64,000 nucleotides of DNA from an uncultured Verrucomicrobiota bacterium (GCA_964589735.1 CAZPUL010000002.1:8176-72175); one strand, 5' to 3'. Shown: positions 38,883 through 48,055, numbered from the stretch's first letter. Notes: generated by a model not told the origin, from the sequence alone. Program-made: numbers and translations.

Positions 38883-38950
38883 AACATCGAACATCGAACA
38901 TCGAACTCTGAAAATCGAGAAATAGGAGGTTGGAGCCTCGTTGCCTCGGC
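38883..38950. repeat. 7-nt phased AACATCG repeat plus GAGCCTCG(T)TGCCTCGGCTG tail, copy 1
   Basis: AACATCG AACATCG AACATCG AACTCTG AAAATCG ... GTTGGAGCCTCGTTGCCTCGGCTG; related copy at 45386-45452. Confidence 0.7.
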
Positions 38951-39090
38951 TGCTACGTTGTATGCGAGGGGAATTGAACAGGAGATAACGGAGGGAACGG
39001 AGGAGTTTTTTACAGAAGGGCGCGAAGAGACGCGAAGGGGAAACGGATTGATAGCCAATCGACAATAGCCAATAGCCGAGGGGATTTTAT

Positions 39091-39118
39091 CGCAGAGAAC
39101 TCAGAGAGCGCAGAGAGG
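39091..39118. repeat. CAGAGA-type phased repeat (variant of CACGGAG family)
   Basis: CGCAGAGAACTCAGAGAGCGCAGAGAGG. Confidence 0.45.
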
Positions 39119-39164
39119 GGGATTTGAACCGGGAAGAACGCCAACCTAACGAAAGGGGGGAGGA

Positions 39165-39347
39165 GGTGACGCTCCTCAACTGAAGCCGGGGTGAAAATTT
39201 CGCCATGGGGCGCGAATTATTTTTAGGAGATTTTGCCTGTGAGAGGGTGGTTTTGATTTAAGCTGCTCATTTTCAATTGGTTATGCGATTGAAAATAATT
39301 TTGAGAAAAAGGGACCTAGGACAGCGGATGTCCTACCCCCTTCGGTA
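39165..39347. repeat. Two-copy ~190-nt intergenic element (family E), copy 1
   Basis: GCCGGGGTGAAAATTTCGCC...GCGAATTATTTTTAGGAGA...GGTTATG...AAAATAATTTT...TAGGACAGCGGATGTCCTA; second copy 48603-48780. Confidence 0.65.
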
Positions 39348-39390
39348 AATTATGAATTATGAAGGATGAGTTATGAAGAAAATGGTGAAG

Positions 39391-39419
39391 CTCAAAGTTC
39401 AAAACTCAAAGTTCAAACA
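39391..39419. repeat. 7-nt phased YTCAAAR repeat
   Basis: CTCAAAG TTCAAAA CTCAAAG TTCAAAC. Confidence 0.6.
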
Positions 39420-39572
39420 GCGAGTCTTGAGAGATGGGAGTTGGGTTAGTGGCGGAGGTGTCCGCCGGAGGCAAGGAGGCAGGCAAGCCCCGACCTGCTG
39501 GCACGGGGTCCATGCCAGCAGCACATTGGTTTGCTTTCTGGCGGTTGAGGGGCAATTCTAACGGGATAATTT

Positions 39573-42179
39573 GTGAGCATGATTACGACTGAAGCGGGAA
39601 AGACGAATGGGGCGGGTGGAGCAGCGGCGGCGACGATTCCGGCGATGCCGCCGGGGGTGGAGCTGACGACTTTGCCGAACGGGCTGACGATCATTGTGCG
39701 GGAGGATCACAGCGCGCCGGTGGTGTCTGCTCAAGCATGGGCGAAGACGGGGAGCATCCATGAGGGGCGCTGGATGGGCGCGGGGCTTTCGCATGTGCTG
39801 GAGCATATGCTTTTCAAGGGCACGACATCGCGCACGGGCAGCCGGATCGATCAGGAGGTGCAGGAGGCGGGCGGTTACATGAACGCCTACACGTCGTTTG
39901 ATCGCACGGTGTATTGGATCAATGTGCCGAACACGGGCGGCAAGGTGGCCATCGATATCTTGTGCGATATCATGCAGAACGCGTCGCTGCCGCCGGATGA
40001 CTTGGCGAAGGAACTCGACGTGATCCGGCGCGAGATGGATATGGGGCAGGATGATCCGGGACGGCGGTCGGGTCGCAGACTGTTCGAGACGGCTTACACG
40101 AAGAGTCCGTACCGCTACCCCATCATCGGGTATCTCGACATTTTCAATGAGTTGAAGCCGGAGGATATCCGCGGCTATTACCACGAGCGGTACGCGCCGA
40201 ACAATGTGTTCTACGTGGTCGTCGGTGATGTGAACGCGGCGGAGGTGGTGGAGCAGATCAAGACGGCTTGGGAGAATTCCAAGGCGCGGCCGTTGGCGGA
40301 CTTCGTGTTGCCGGTGGAGCCGCGGCAGATCGCGGAACGCATCATCACGGAAGAGGCGACGGTGGAGCTGGTGCATTCGCACATGAGCTGGCATATCCCG
40401 GACTTGCGGCATGTGGATGTGCCTTTGCTGGATGTGCTGGGCACGGTGCTGGGAGCGGGGCGCAGTTCGCGGTTGTATCGTGAAGTGCGGCAGAAGCAGG
40501 CGGTGGTGAACCATGTGGATGCGTGGACGTATAGTCCGGGTGCGCCGGGGCTCTTCGGCATGAGCATCGTATGCGAGGGCGAGAAGCTGGAGAGGGCGCG
40601 CGCGGCAGTGCTGGAACAGCTTGAGCTGGTGAAGGAAAAGGGGATCACGGAAGCGGAGTTCGCGAAGGCGGTGAAGCAATTCACGGCGGCGACGCTGGCG
40701 ACGCGCAAGACGATGCAAGGACAGGCGCAGGACTTGGGTGGAAACTGGCTGGCGGCGAATGATCTGAATTTTTCAGAGCGTTATCTCGAGGCGGTGCGCA
40801 AGGCGACGCCGGCGGATCTCCAACGCGTGGCGAAGCAGTATCTCACGACGGAAAGCCGTACGATTTACTCGCTGGTGCCTACGGGTTTCGCACCGAAGGC
40901 GAGCAAGGCGGCGCAAGCCATCCAGACGGGTGCGATCCAGAAATTTGAGCTGTCGAACGGGATGAAGCTGCTGGTGAAGGAGGATCATCGGCTGCCGTTC
41001 GTGGAGTTTCGCGCGGTGTTCCAAGGTGGCGTGTTGGCGGAGACGGAGGAGAACAATGGCGTGACGCAATTGCTCGCGCGGATGCTCCTGCAAGGTACGC
41101 AGAAGCGGAACTCGGAGCAGATCGCGGAGGAGATCGAGTCCGTGGGCGGAAGCATTGATGCGTATGGCGGGAACAACAGCTTCGGCATCTCGGTGGAGAC
41201 GTTGAGCAGTGATTTCGATCTGGGCATGGAGGTGATGACGGATGTGATGTTGCATCCGGCTTTCCCGGCGGATGCGCTGGCGCGTGAGCGCGAGATGCAA
41301 CTGGCGGCGATCCGGTCGCGGCGCGACCAGCTCTTGCAGAGCTGCAGTTCGCTGATGCGGCGGACGTTGTTCGGCCCGAGCGGTTATGGCTTTGATGGCA
41401 CGGGCACGGAGGAGAGTGTGGCGCGATTGGATGAGGCGGCGTTGCGGAGCTTTTATCAGAAGGTCATCGCGCCGACGAATTGTGTGCTGGCGATCTATGG
41501 TGATGTGAAGGCCCCGGCGGTGCTGGCTGCGGTGGAGAAGATGCTGGGTGGTTGGAAGGATGCGACCACGGGACATTCGTTGGTGAATGCGCAGCCGAAG
41601 CCAGAGGCGAAGGAGTTGCGACATGTGTTCGAAGCGCGGGATAAGAAGCAGGCGGTGGTGGTGATCGGATTCCCGGGCACGACCTTGCGCGCGGATGACC
41701 GGTATGCGATCGAGCTGCTGGCGGAGGCGTGCAGTGATCTGGGGTCGAGATTGTTCATCCGCATCCGCGATCAACTGGGGCTGGCTTACTATGTAGGCGC
41801 GCAGAGTTTCCCGGGATTGGTGCCGGGCGGGTTCTGGTTCTACGTGGGTACGGCTCCGGAGAAGGTTCAGCTCGTGGAGGAAGAATTGCTGAAGGAAGCG
41901 GCCTTGCTGGTGAAGGACGGGCTGACGCCGGAAGAGCTGAAACGCGCGAAGGCGAAGATCATCGGGCAGAAGAAGATCGGGCGGCAGGAGCTGGGCGGTT
42001 ACGCACAGGCGACGGCGCTGGATGAGCTTTACGGACTGGGCTTCGCAAACAACGAGACGGAAGACCTGCATTACGAGGCGGTCACGGTGGAAGAAGTGAA
42101 GGCGGTGGCGGCGAAGTACTTGCGGCCGGAACAGGCGGTCGTTGCGGTTGTAGGACCGGAAGGGGATATCGCCGGGTGA
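39573..42179 (+). CDS. M16 family metallopeptidase, two tandem M16 domains
   Basis: HVLEHMLFKGT (HxxEH) in N half; second M16 module (LLARMLLQGTQKR) lacks HxxEH; G-rich R/Y region RDQLGLAYYVGA. Confidence 0.9.
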   Translation: MSMITTEAGKTNGAGGAAAATIPAMPPGVELTTLPNGLTIIVREDHSAPVVSAQAWAKTGSIHEGRWMGAGLSHVLEHMLFKGTTSRTGSRIDQEVQEAGGYMNAYTSFDRTVYWINVPNTGGKVAIDILCDIMQNASLPPDDLAKELDVIRREMDMGQDDPGRRSGRRLFETAYTKSPYRYPIIGYLDIFNELKPEDIRGYYHERYAPNNVFYVVVGDVNAAEVVEQIKTAWENSKARPLADFVLPVEPRQIAERIITEEATVELVHSHMSWHIPDLRHVDVPLLDVLGTVLGAGRSSRLYREVRQKQAVVNHVDAWTYSPGAPGLFGMSIVCEGEKLERARAAVLEQLELVKEKGITEAEFAKAVKQFTAATLATRKTMQGQAQDLGGNWLAANDLNFSERYLEAVRKATPADLQRVAKQYLTTESRTIYSLVPTGFAPKASKAAQAIQTGAIQKFELSNGMKLLVKEDHRLPFVEFRAVFQGGVLAETEENNGVTQLLARMLLQGTQKRNSEQIAEEIESVGGSIDAYGGNNSFGISVETLSSDFDLGMEVMTDVMLHPAFPADALAREREMQLAAIRSRRDQLLQSCSSLMRRTLFGPSGYGFDGTGTEESVARLDEAALRSFYQKVIAPTNCVLAIYGDVKAPAVLAAVEKMLGGWKDATTGHSLVNAQPKPEAKELRHVFEARDKKQAVVVIGFPGTTLRADDRYAIELLAEACSDLGSRLFIRIRDQLGLAYYVGAQSFPGLVPGGFWFYVGTAPEKVQLVEEELLKEAALLVKDGLTPEELKRAKAKIIGQKKIGRQELGGYAQATALDELYGLGFANNETEDLHYEAVTVEEVKAVAAKYLRPEQAVVAVVGPEGDIAG

Positions 42180-42228
42180 AAAATGTTTTCCCAAAAAGGG
42201 TCTTGATGCCGTTGGGTTCGTTCTGCTT

Positions 42229-42336
42229 AATCACGCGCGTCAGGGCCCATGGAATGCGGACTTACGAACCCCGCCAGGGCCGGAAGGCAGCAACGGTAGT
42301 TTGCTCTACATCTGCCGTGGTGTCCCTGACACTTCC
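42229..42336 (+). ncRNA. ffs: Small signal recognition particle RNA (4.5S-like)
   Basis: Core GCCAGGGCCGGAAGGCAGCAACGG matching the SRP domain IV consensus; outer helix GTCAGGG (42239-42245)/CCCTGAC (42324-42330); located just upstream of dnaX. Confidence 0.9.
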
Positions 42337-42468
42337 CCAAAAGCGTGATTCGTTAAAAGGCGTTAAATGGTTAAAACGTTTTAACGATTCAACCGTTTCA
42401 CGATTTAACCTCCCTTGTGAAAAACTTGGGCTCGTAATCCTTTCAGCGTAAACCATACTTTTCCCGTC

Positions 42469-44328
42469 ATGTCATATCAGGTCATAGCCCGGAAGTATCG
42501 TCCGCAAAAGTTTGAGGATGTGGTGGGGCAGGAGCATGTCTCGCAGACGCTGGCGAATGCCATCAAGGCGGGGCGCATCGCGCACGCGTATCTCTTCTGC
42601 GGTCCGCGCGGCACGGGCAAGACGACGATGGCGCGCATCTTCGCGAAGGCGCTGAATTGCACGGGCGGGCCGAAGGCGGATTTCGATGTGGCAGACCCGA
42701 AGTGTGTGGAGATCGCGGATGGGCGTTCGCTGGACGTGATCGAGATCGACGGTGCGAGCAACAACGGCGTGGAACAGGTGCGCGAGCTGCGCGATACGTG
42801 CCGCTTCGCCCCGGCTTCGAGCAAGTTCAAGATCTACATCATCGACGAGGTGCACATGCTCTCGACAGCGGCGTTCAACGCGTTGCTGAAGACGCTGGAA
42901 GAGCCGCCCGCGCATGTGAAGTTCCTTTTCGCCACGACGGACCCGGAGAAGGTTCTCCCGACGATCCTTTCGCGCTGCCAACGCTTTGACCTGCGGCGCA
43001 TACCGGCGAATCTCATCGTGAAACAGCTCGCGTTCATCGCGAAGGAAGAGGGTGTGGAGATCGATGACGGCGCGCTCTTCGCCATCGCGCGCGCGGCGGA
43101 TGGCGGGATGCGGGATGCGGAATCCACGCTGGACCAGCTCATCAGTTTTTGCGGGAACAAGATCGAGGAGGGCGACGTGCTCTCGATGTTCGGGCTCACG
43201 GCGCGGAGCCAGTTGCTGGCGCTCTCACAAGGGGTGCTCGCGGGTGAAGTGGATGGGGCGTTGCGCGAGCTAAATACGCTGGCGAAGAGCGGCAAAGACT
43301 TGGGACGTTTGCTAAGCGATTTGCTGAGCCATATCCGCAACTTGATGATTTTCCAAGTGTCATCGGGCGATCTTTCGTTGCTGGAAGTTTCCGAGGCGGA
43401 GGCGTCGATGCTGAAGGAGCAGTCCGGGCTGGTGAATGTGGACGCGCTCAGCCGCATCCTGGAAGTGCTGACGGATTGCGAGGGGCGGTTGCGCGAGGCG
43501 GTGTCGAAGAAGATTTTGATCGAGGTGGCGTTGCTGCGGGCCATCCAGGCGCGCAATGCGGTGAGCATTGATTCGGTGTTGAAGACCTTGGGGCAATTGC
43601 GCGGCAGTGGTGGTGGTAGCGCACCGGCGGCATCTGCTCCCGCGCCAGCCGTGGAACCGAAGGCGGCTCCGGCGCCGGCTGCGCGTCCGGCATTCACTTC
43701 CTTGAGAGAAGCGGCGGCTACGGTGCTCGCCGCACCGCCAGCGGCAACTCCGGCACCAGCACTGAAAGTGGAAGCGCCGAAACCCGTAGCGGTTCCGGCC
43801 CCGGCGCTCATGCCGATACCGGAAGAGGACAAGCCCGCACCTGTGGCGGCGGCTCCGGCAAAGGACCTTGGTCCGCTTTGGGAGCAGGTGGTGGAGGCGG
43901 TCTCGCGCGTCAGTCCGTTCACGCGGTCGTATCTGCTGGAGGCGCATCCGGTGTCCTTCGCGAACGGCGTGTTCATCATCGGGTATGATCCGGAGTTCTC
44001 GCATCATCTGAGTCTGGTGGACAACTCGAAGAACCACGCGTTGCTCCAGACCAAGTTCAAGGAACTGGGCCAGGGCGAAGTGCGCGTGAAGTTCATCGAA
44101 TCCGTGGAGCCGGAAGGCTGGCAACGGCGCACGGCCACGGTGCTTAATACGCCGGAACCGGCGAAAGCAGCGGCCACGGGCAATGGCGGTGCGGCCGCCG
44201 CGAAGTCCGACGAGAAGAAACCGAAGACCTCGGTGGAGCCGGTGCGGATTGAAGATTTCAAGAACGATCCCTTGATCAAGAAAGCCCTCGAGATCTTTAA
44301 GGGACAGATCGTGGATGTGAGGGCATAA
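42469..44328 (+). CDS. dnaX: DNA polymerase III subunit gamma/tau
   Basis: YRPQKFEDVVGQEHVSQTLANAI, AYLFCGPRGTGKTTMARIFAKALNC, IIDEVHMLSTAAFNALLKTLEEPPAHVKFLFATTDPEKVLPTILSRCQRFD. Confidence 0.98.
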   Translation: MSYQVIARKYRPQKFEDVVGQEHVSQTLANAIKAGRIAHAYLFCGPRGTGKTTMARIFAKALNCTGGPKADFDVADPKCVEIADGRSLDVIEIDGASNNGVEQVRELRDTCRFAPASSKFKIYIIDEVHMLSTAAFNALLKTLEEPPAHVKFLFATTDPEKVLPTILSRCQRFDLRRIPANLIVKQLAFIAKEEGVEIDDGALFAIARAADGGMRDAESTLDQLISFCGNKIEEGDVLSMFGLTARSQLLALSQGVLAGEVDGALRELNTLAKSGKDLGRLLSDLLSHIRNLMIFQVSSGDLSLLEVSEAEASMLKEQSGLVNVDALSRILEVLTDCEGRLREAVSKKILIEVALLRAIQARNAVSIDSVLKTLGQLRGSGGGSAPAASAPAPAVEPKAAPAPAARPAFTSLREAAATVLAAPPAATPAPALKVEAPKPVAVPAPALMPIPEEDKPAPVAAAPAKDLGPLWEQVVEAVSRVSPFTRSYLLEAHPVSFANGVFIIGYDPEFSHHLSLVDNSKNHALLQTKFKELGQGEVRVKFIESVEPEGWQRRTATVLNTPEPAKAAATGNGGAAAAKSDEKKPKTSVEPVRIEDFKNDPLIKKALEIFKGQIVDVRA

Positions 44329-44347
44329 TCATTTAACCCAATTTATT

Positions 44348-44659
44348 ATGTCGAGCATTGGCAAACTCATGAAACAGGCTGCGCGCATGCAGCAGCAGAT
44401 GGAACAAACCCAGGCGGCGCTCGCGGCCCGGACGGTCGAAGCCACGAGTGGTGGCGGTGCCGTGAAGGTGACGGCGCGGTGCGATGGCACGATCGCGGCG
44501 ATCAAGATCGACCCGCAGGCGTGCAATCCGGCGGATGCGCAATTGCTGGAAGACCTCGTGCTGACGGCGGCGAACAATGCACTGAACCAGGCGAAGGAGA
44601 TCTCCAACGCCGAGATGGGGAAGATCACGCAGGGGATGAGCCTGCCGGGGATGTTCTAG
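44348..44659 (+). CDS. YbaB/EbfC family nucleoid-associated protein
   Basis: LMKQAARMQQQMEQTQAALAARTVEATSGGGAVKVTARCDGTI; synteny dnaX-ybaB-recR. Confidence 0.95.
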   Translation: MSSIGKLMKQAARMQQQMEQTQAALAARTVEATSGGGAVKVTARCDGTIAAIKIDPQACNPADAQLLEDLVLTAANNALNQAKEISNAEMGKITQGMSLPGMF

Positions 44660-44728
44660 AGATCATAGGGCAGAATTGGTCTCATACATTTAGTGAATGC
44701 TGTTTTACTTAGGTAAGATTCCTTTCCC

Positions 44729-44762
44729 CTCACCCCGACCCTCTCCCTTGGGGAGAGGGAGT
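44729..44762. repeat. CTCACCCCGACCCTCTCCC...GGGGAGAGGGAG hairpin repeat
   Basis: CTCTCCCTTGGGGAGAG hairpin; related sequences at 33546-33588 and 35228-35270. Confidence 0.6.
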
Positions 44763-44780
44763 TAACATTTGCCGCTCCTT

Positions 44781-45380
44781 ATGGCTTCATTGCCGCCACC
44801 GCTGAATGAGCTGATCGCGTCGCTGAGCAAGCTGCCGGGCATCGGGCCGCGTTCGGCAGAGCGGCTGGCGCTGCATCTGGTGCAGGCTGATGTGGATGGT
44901 GTGAAACGGCTGGCGCAGGCACTGGTGCAGGCGCGGGAACGGGTGCAGAGCTGCAAGGTGTGCGGGGCGTTGACGGAGGAACAACCGTGCAACATCTGTT
45001 CCGATGACCGGCGCGATGGTTCGATCATTTGTGTGGTGGAGCGGGCGGTGGATATCTTGCCGTTCGAGAAATCGGGCGTGTTCAAGGGCAAGTATCATGT
45101 GCTGGGCGGGCGCATCTCGCCGTTGAACGGCGTGGGACCGGAAGATTTGCGGATCGCGGAACTGGAAGAGCGTGCTGGGGCGGAGGCGATCAAGGAAGTA
45201 ATCCTCGCGCTGGGCACGGATGTGGAAGGGGATGCGACGGGGAACTATCTCTCGAAACGGCTCGCGGCGAAGGGCGTGAAGGTGTCGAGGCTGGCGCAGG
45301 GCTTGCCGGTGGGGAGCGGGTTGGAATTTGCGGATGAACTGACGTTGTCGCGGGCGATGGAGGGGAGGCGAGAAGTATAA
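44781..45380 (+). CDS. recR: Recombination mediator protein RecR
   Basis: LIASLSKLPGIGPRSAERLALHL, C4 zinc finger CKVCGALTEEQPCNIC, Toprim YHVLGGRISPLNGVGPEDL; ATG 44781 (upstream TTG 44769). Confidence 0.97.
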   Translation: MASLPPPLNELIASLSKLPGIGPRSAERLALHLVQADVDGVKRLAQALVQARERVQSCKVCGALTEEQPCNICSDDRRDGSIICVVERAVDILPFEKSGVFKGKYHVLGGRISPLNGVGPEDLRIAELEERAGAEAIKEVILALGTDVEGDATGNYLSKRLAAKGVKVSRLAQGLPVGSGLEFADELTLSRAMEGRREV

Positions 45381-45385
45381 GGGAA

Positions 45386-45452
45386 ACGTCCAACATCGAA
45401 CTTCCAACGTCCAACATCGAAAGAGGAAAGTTAGAGCCTCGTGCCTCGGCTG
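45386..45452. repeat. 7-nt phased AACATCG/AACGTCC/AACTTCC repeat plus GAGCCTCGTGCCTCGGCTG tail, copy 2
   Basis: AACGTCC AACATCG AACTTCC AACGTCC AACATCG AAAGAGG...GTTAGAGCCTCGTGCCTCGGCTG. Confidence 0.7.
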
Positions 45453-45543
45453 GAAAAGGGCGGCGCGCTGAGGACAGCGACGCCCTACCATCAATAAAAT
45501 TTCGAGGACGACGACGAGAACGAGGACGATTACGAATTGAACC

Positions 45544-46152
45544 ATGAACAAACCATCCGTTGTTGTCTTTGATTTGGGGAAGGTGCTGCTGGATTTTGAT
45601 TATGGCATTATGACGCGGCAGTTGGAGCCGTTGTGCCGCATCAAGGGGACGGAACTGAAGCAGGTCATCGACCAGTCGCCGTTGCTGCATGAGTATGAGA
45701 CGGGGCTCATCAGCACGCCGGAGTTGTTCGAGGTGTTCGTGCAGCGGACGGGTTATGCGGGGAGTCTGGCGGAATTTGGGGCGGCCTTCGCGGACATTTT
45801 CACGGAGATTCCTGAGATGGTGGAGCTGCATGCGCGATTGCATCAGAGCGGGGTGCCGACGTTCATCTTTTCCAATACGAACGAGCTGGCGGTGGGGCAT
45901 GTGCGGCGGCAGTTTGGTTTCTTCGCGAACTTCACTGGTTACGTTTTTTCCCATGAGGTGCGGGCGATGAAGCCGGCAGCGAAGATCTACGAGGCGGTGG
46001 AGTCGATGACCGGCAAGCGCGGGGCGGAGATCCTTTACATCGATGACCGGAAGGAGAATGTGGAGGCGGGGGAAGCGCGCGGGTGGCATACGGTGTTTCA
46101 TCAGCACCCGCACGAGACGCGAAAGGTGGTGGCGGGGCATGGGCTGGTTTAA
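45544..46152 (+). CDS. HAD family hydrolase (HAD-IA)
   Basis: VVFDLGKVLLDFDY, FIFSNTNELAVGH, EILYIDDRKENVEAGEARGW. Confidence 0.88.
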   Translation: MNKPSVVVFDLGKVLLDFDYGIMTRQLEPLCRIKGTELKQVIDQSPLLHEYETGLISTPELFEVFVQRTGYAGSLAEFGAAFADIFTEIPEMVELHARLHQSGVPTFIFSNTNELAVGHVRRQFGFFANFTGYVFSHEVRAMKPAAKIYEAVESMTGKRGAEILYIDDRKENVEAGEARGWHTVFHQHPHETRKVVAGHGLV

Positions 46153-46168
46153 CTGATCGGGGAATAAA

Positions 46169-46193
46169 CCACGGAGACACTGAGAGCACGGAG
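46169..46193. repeat. CACGGAG-type phased intergenic repeat
   Basis: CCACGGAGACACTGAGAGCACGGAG. Confidence 0.65.
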
Positions 46194-46249
46194 CGGGAAG
46201 AGTTTTTGCCGCCGGGGCAGTCGTGGAACGCGTCCTTACCATGCGTGGG

Positions 46250-46585
46250 TTAGTGTGGCCGCATCTTGATTGAAGCCTGTTGCTTTTGCGTCTGTTCACA
46301 TTGGGCGCAGACATAGATGCGGGCTTTGGTTTGGCCGTGGAGGTTGAGGCTGGTGGCGGGGAGGCAATCGCCAGGGTGGGGGTATTGGGTCAGGCGACGT
46401 TTCCATTCGCCTTGTTGGGCTTCGGCTTTGCTCATGGGAATCATGCCGTAGGCGATGGGCACGGTGCGCTTGGTCATGGTGAGTTGGTGGACTTCGCAGG
46501 TGGCGGATTCTGTCTTGGTGTAATCGGGTGTGGTGTGGCAGGCGGTGAGGAGGAGGAGCGGGGCGAGGAATAAGATGCGGTGCAT
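46250..46585 (-). CDS. Small lipoprotein of unknown function
   Basis: Lipobox LLLLTAC; C-terminal YVCAQCEQTQKQ. Confidence 0.6.
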   Translation of the reverse strand: MHRILFLAPLLLLTACHTTPDYTKTESATCEVHQLTMTKRTVPIAYGMIPMSKAEAQQGEWKRRLTQYPHPGDCLPATSLNLHGQTKARIYVCAQCEQTQKQQASIKMRPH

Positions 46586-46660
46586 GAAGGTTGGACGGGA
46601 AAGGTTGGGGTTTGCTCTGGTGGAATAAACGAGAGTTTAAGGGTTAATGATGAGGGCGGT

Positions 46661-46755
46661 CGTCCGCCCCATCCGGGGCGGGGTGGCTGCATGGCGGTTT
46701 ACCACCAGTTCCCGTTGGTCACTGGTGGCTACTGGCGTTGGCCCCGTTCGGGGCC
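46661..46755. repeat. Intergenic multi-hairpin repeat (family D), copy 1
   Basis: CGTCCGCCCCATCCGGGGCGG...TTACCACCAGTTCCCGTTGGTCACTGGTGGCTACTGGCGTTGGCCCCGTTCGGGGCC; copy 2 at 48320-48413. Confidence 0.8.
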
Positions 46756-46772
46756 ATGTGTGAGTGGAGCTT

Positions 46773-46833
46773 TTGCGGGAGATTGGCCTGATGGTGCTCA
46801 GGGGTATTGCTGCCGGCGAGACGCCGGCGCTCC
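46773..46833. repeat. Dispersed intergenic palindromic repeat (family C), copy 2 (uninterrupted)
   Basis: TTGCGGGAGATTGGCCTGATGGTGCTCAGGGGTATTGCTGCCGGCGAGACGCCGGCGCTCC. Confidence 0.8.
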
Positions 46834-46886
46834 GGGGAGCGGGTGGTTTGCTTGACCGAGGGTGGCGAGTGCATACTGTTTGGCGC

Positions 46887-47984
46887 ATGAAGTTCTCCGC
46901 CTGGTTCGCTGCGTTTGTTATGACGGTTCAGTTTGGTGGTCTGCTGGAGGGGGCGGATACGGCCAAGTCTGCATCGGCAGCTCCGAAGGTTTTGCCGATG
47001 GGGGTGTATCGTGGGGTGAATGAGACGGAGAAGGTGACGGCTTTCGGGCAGTGGACGGGGCAGCCGGTGTGGGGACAGGATTTCATCGGGTGGGAATCGT
47101 GGAGCAACGTCGGGTGGCCGATCTGGTGGCTGGAGAAGTGGAGCAAGTGGGTGCATGAACAGCCCGGGCGGCGGTTCGTGTTCGCGGTGCCGATGCTCAC
47201 CGGTCCCTTGGATGGCAGCGGTCCGAAGAAGGGAGACGTGGGGGTGGGTGAGCCGGTCTCGTTGGAGAAGGGGGCGGCCGGAGCTTATAATATTCACTAC
47301 CAACAGCTCGCGGAGAACCTGGTGAAGCACAAGCTGGCGGACACGATCTTGCGGCCGGGCTGGGAGTTCAACGGCAACTGGTATCCGTGGATGGCAAAGG
47401 GGAAGGAGGCGGCGTTCGCGGAGTATTGGCGGCAGATCGTGAAGACGATGCGGGCGGTGCCGGGCGCGGAGAAGTTGAAGTTTTGCTGGAATCCCACGTT
47501 GCGCCTGGAGCAGTTCCCGGCGGAGAAGGCGTGGCCGGGGGCGGAGTACGTGGATTACATCGGGCTGGATGTGTATGACGAGTCGTGGCAGGAGGGCAGC
47601 TATGCGTGGCCAGCGGGCACTCCGGCCGCGGAGATCGAGGCGCGGCAGCGCAAGGTGTGGGAGAAGGAGATCCTCAACGGCGATCATGGGCTGGCTTTCT
47701 GGAGCAAATTCGCACGCGAACAGAAACGGCCCTTGGCCATCTGCGAGTGGGGCGTGAAGAAGCGCCCAACGGGACATGGCGGGACGGACAATCCGCATTT
47801 CGTGGAGCAGATGCACCGGTTCATGAATGACGCGCAGAACAACGTGGCGTTTCACTGCTACTTCGATTTCAACTGCGAACCGCCGGACGGGCATCACCAG
47901 CTTTCACCAGGGGCGAAGGGCGAGTATGAGTTCCCGAAGTCATCGGTGAAGTTTTTGGAGCTGTTCGGGAAGAAGGGGAAATAA
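46887..47984 (+). CDS. Glycoside hydrolase, GH26-like (mannanase-type TIM barrel), secreted
   Basis: ATG 46887 with signal peptide; LRPGWEFNGNWYPW, YVDYIGLDVYDESW, ICEWGVKK. Confidence 0.7.
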   Translation: MKFSAWFAAFVMTVQFGGLLEGADTAKSASAAPKVLPMGVYRGVNETEKVTAFGQWTGQPVWGQDFIGWESWSNVGWPIWWLEKWSKWVHEQPGRRFVFAVPMLTGPLDGSGPKKGDVGVGEPVSLEKGAAGAYNIHYQQLAENLVKHKLADTILRPGWEFNGNWYPWMAKGKEAAFAEYWRQIVKTMRAVPGAEKLKFCWNPTLRLEQFPAEKAWPGAEYVDYIGLDVYDESWQEGSYAWPAGTPAAEIEARQRKVWEKEILNGDHGLAFWSKFAREQKRPLAICEWGVKKRPTGHGGTDNPHFVEQMHRFMNDAQNNVAFHCYFDFNCEPPDGHHQLSPGAKGEYEFPKSSVKFLELFGKKGK

Positions 47985-47985
47985 A

Positions 47986-48017
47986 GCTCAAAATCCCAAG
48001 TTCAAAGTTCAAAAGAA
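47986..48017. repeat. 7-nt phased YTCAAAR repeat directly after a stop codon
   Basis: GCTCAAAA TCCCAAG TTCAAAG TTCAAAAG. Confidence 0.55.
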
Positions 48018-48055
48018 GTTCCAATTGGGGCAAGGGTTTTTTGGCGGAGGGCTTT

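Noticed and set aside
38883-39419. Short tandem units considered as a CRISPR array
   Set aside because: Period of 7 nt without unique spacers; not a CRISPR.
39558-42194. Long minus-strand ORFs (386 and 473 aa)
   Set aside because: Antisense of the M16 peptidase CDS; H/R/L-rich translation without family features.
42469-44328. Programmed frameshift in dnaX
   Set aside because: Looked for an A-rich slippery heptamer as in E. coli; none evident, only the full-length product is supported.
45190-46314. 374-aa minus-strand ORF
   Set aside because: Runs antisense through recR, an intergenic repeat and the HAD gene; no domain.
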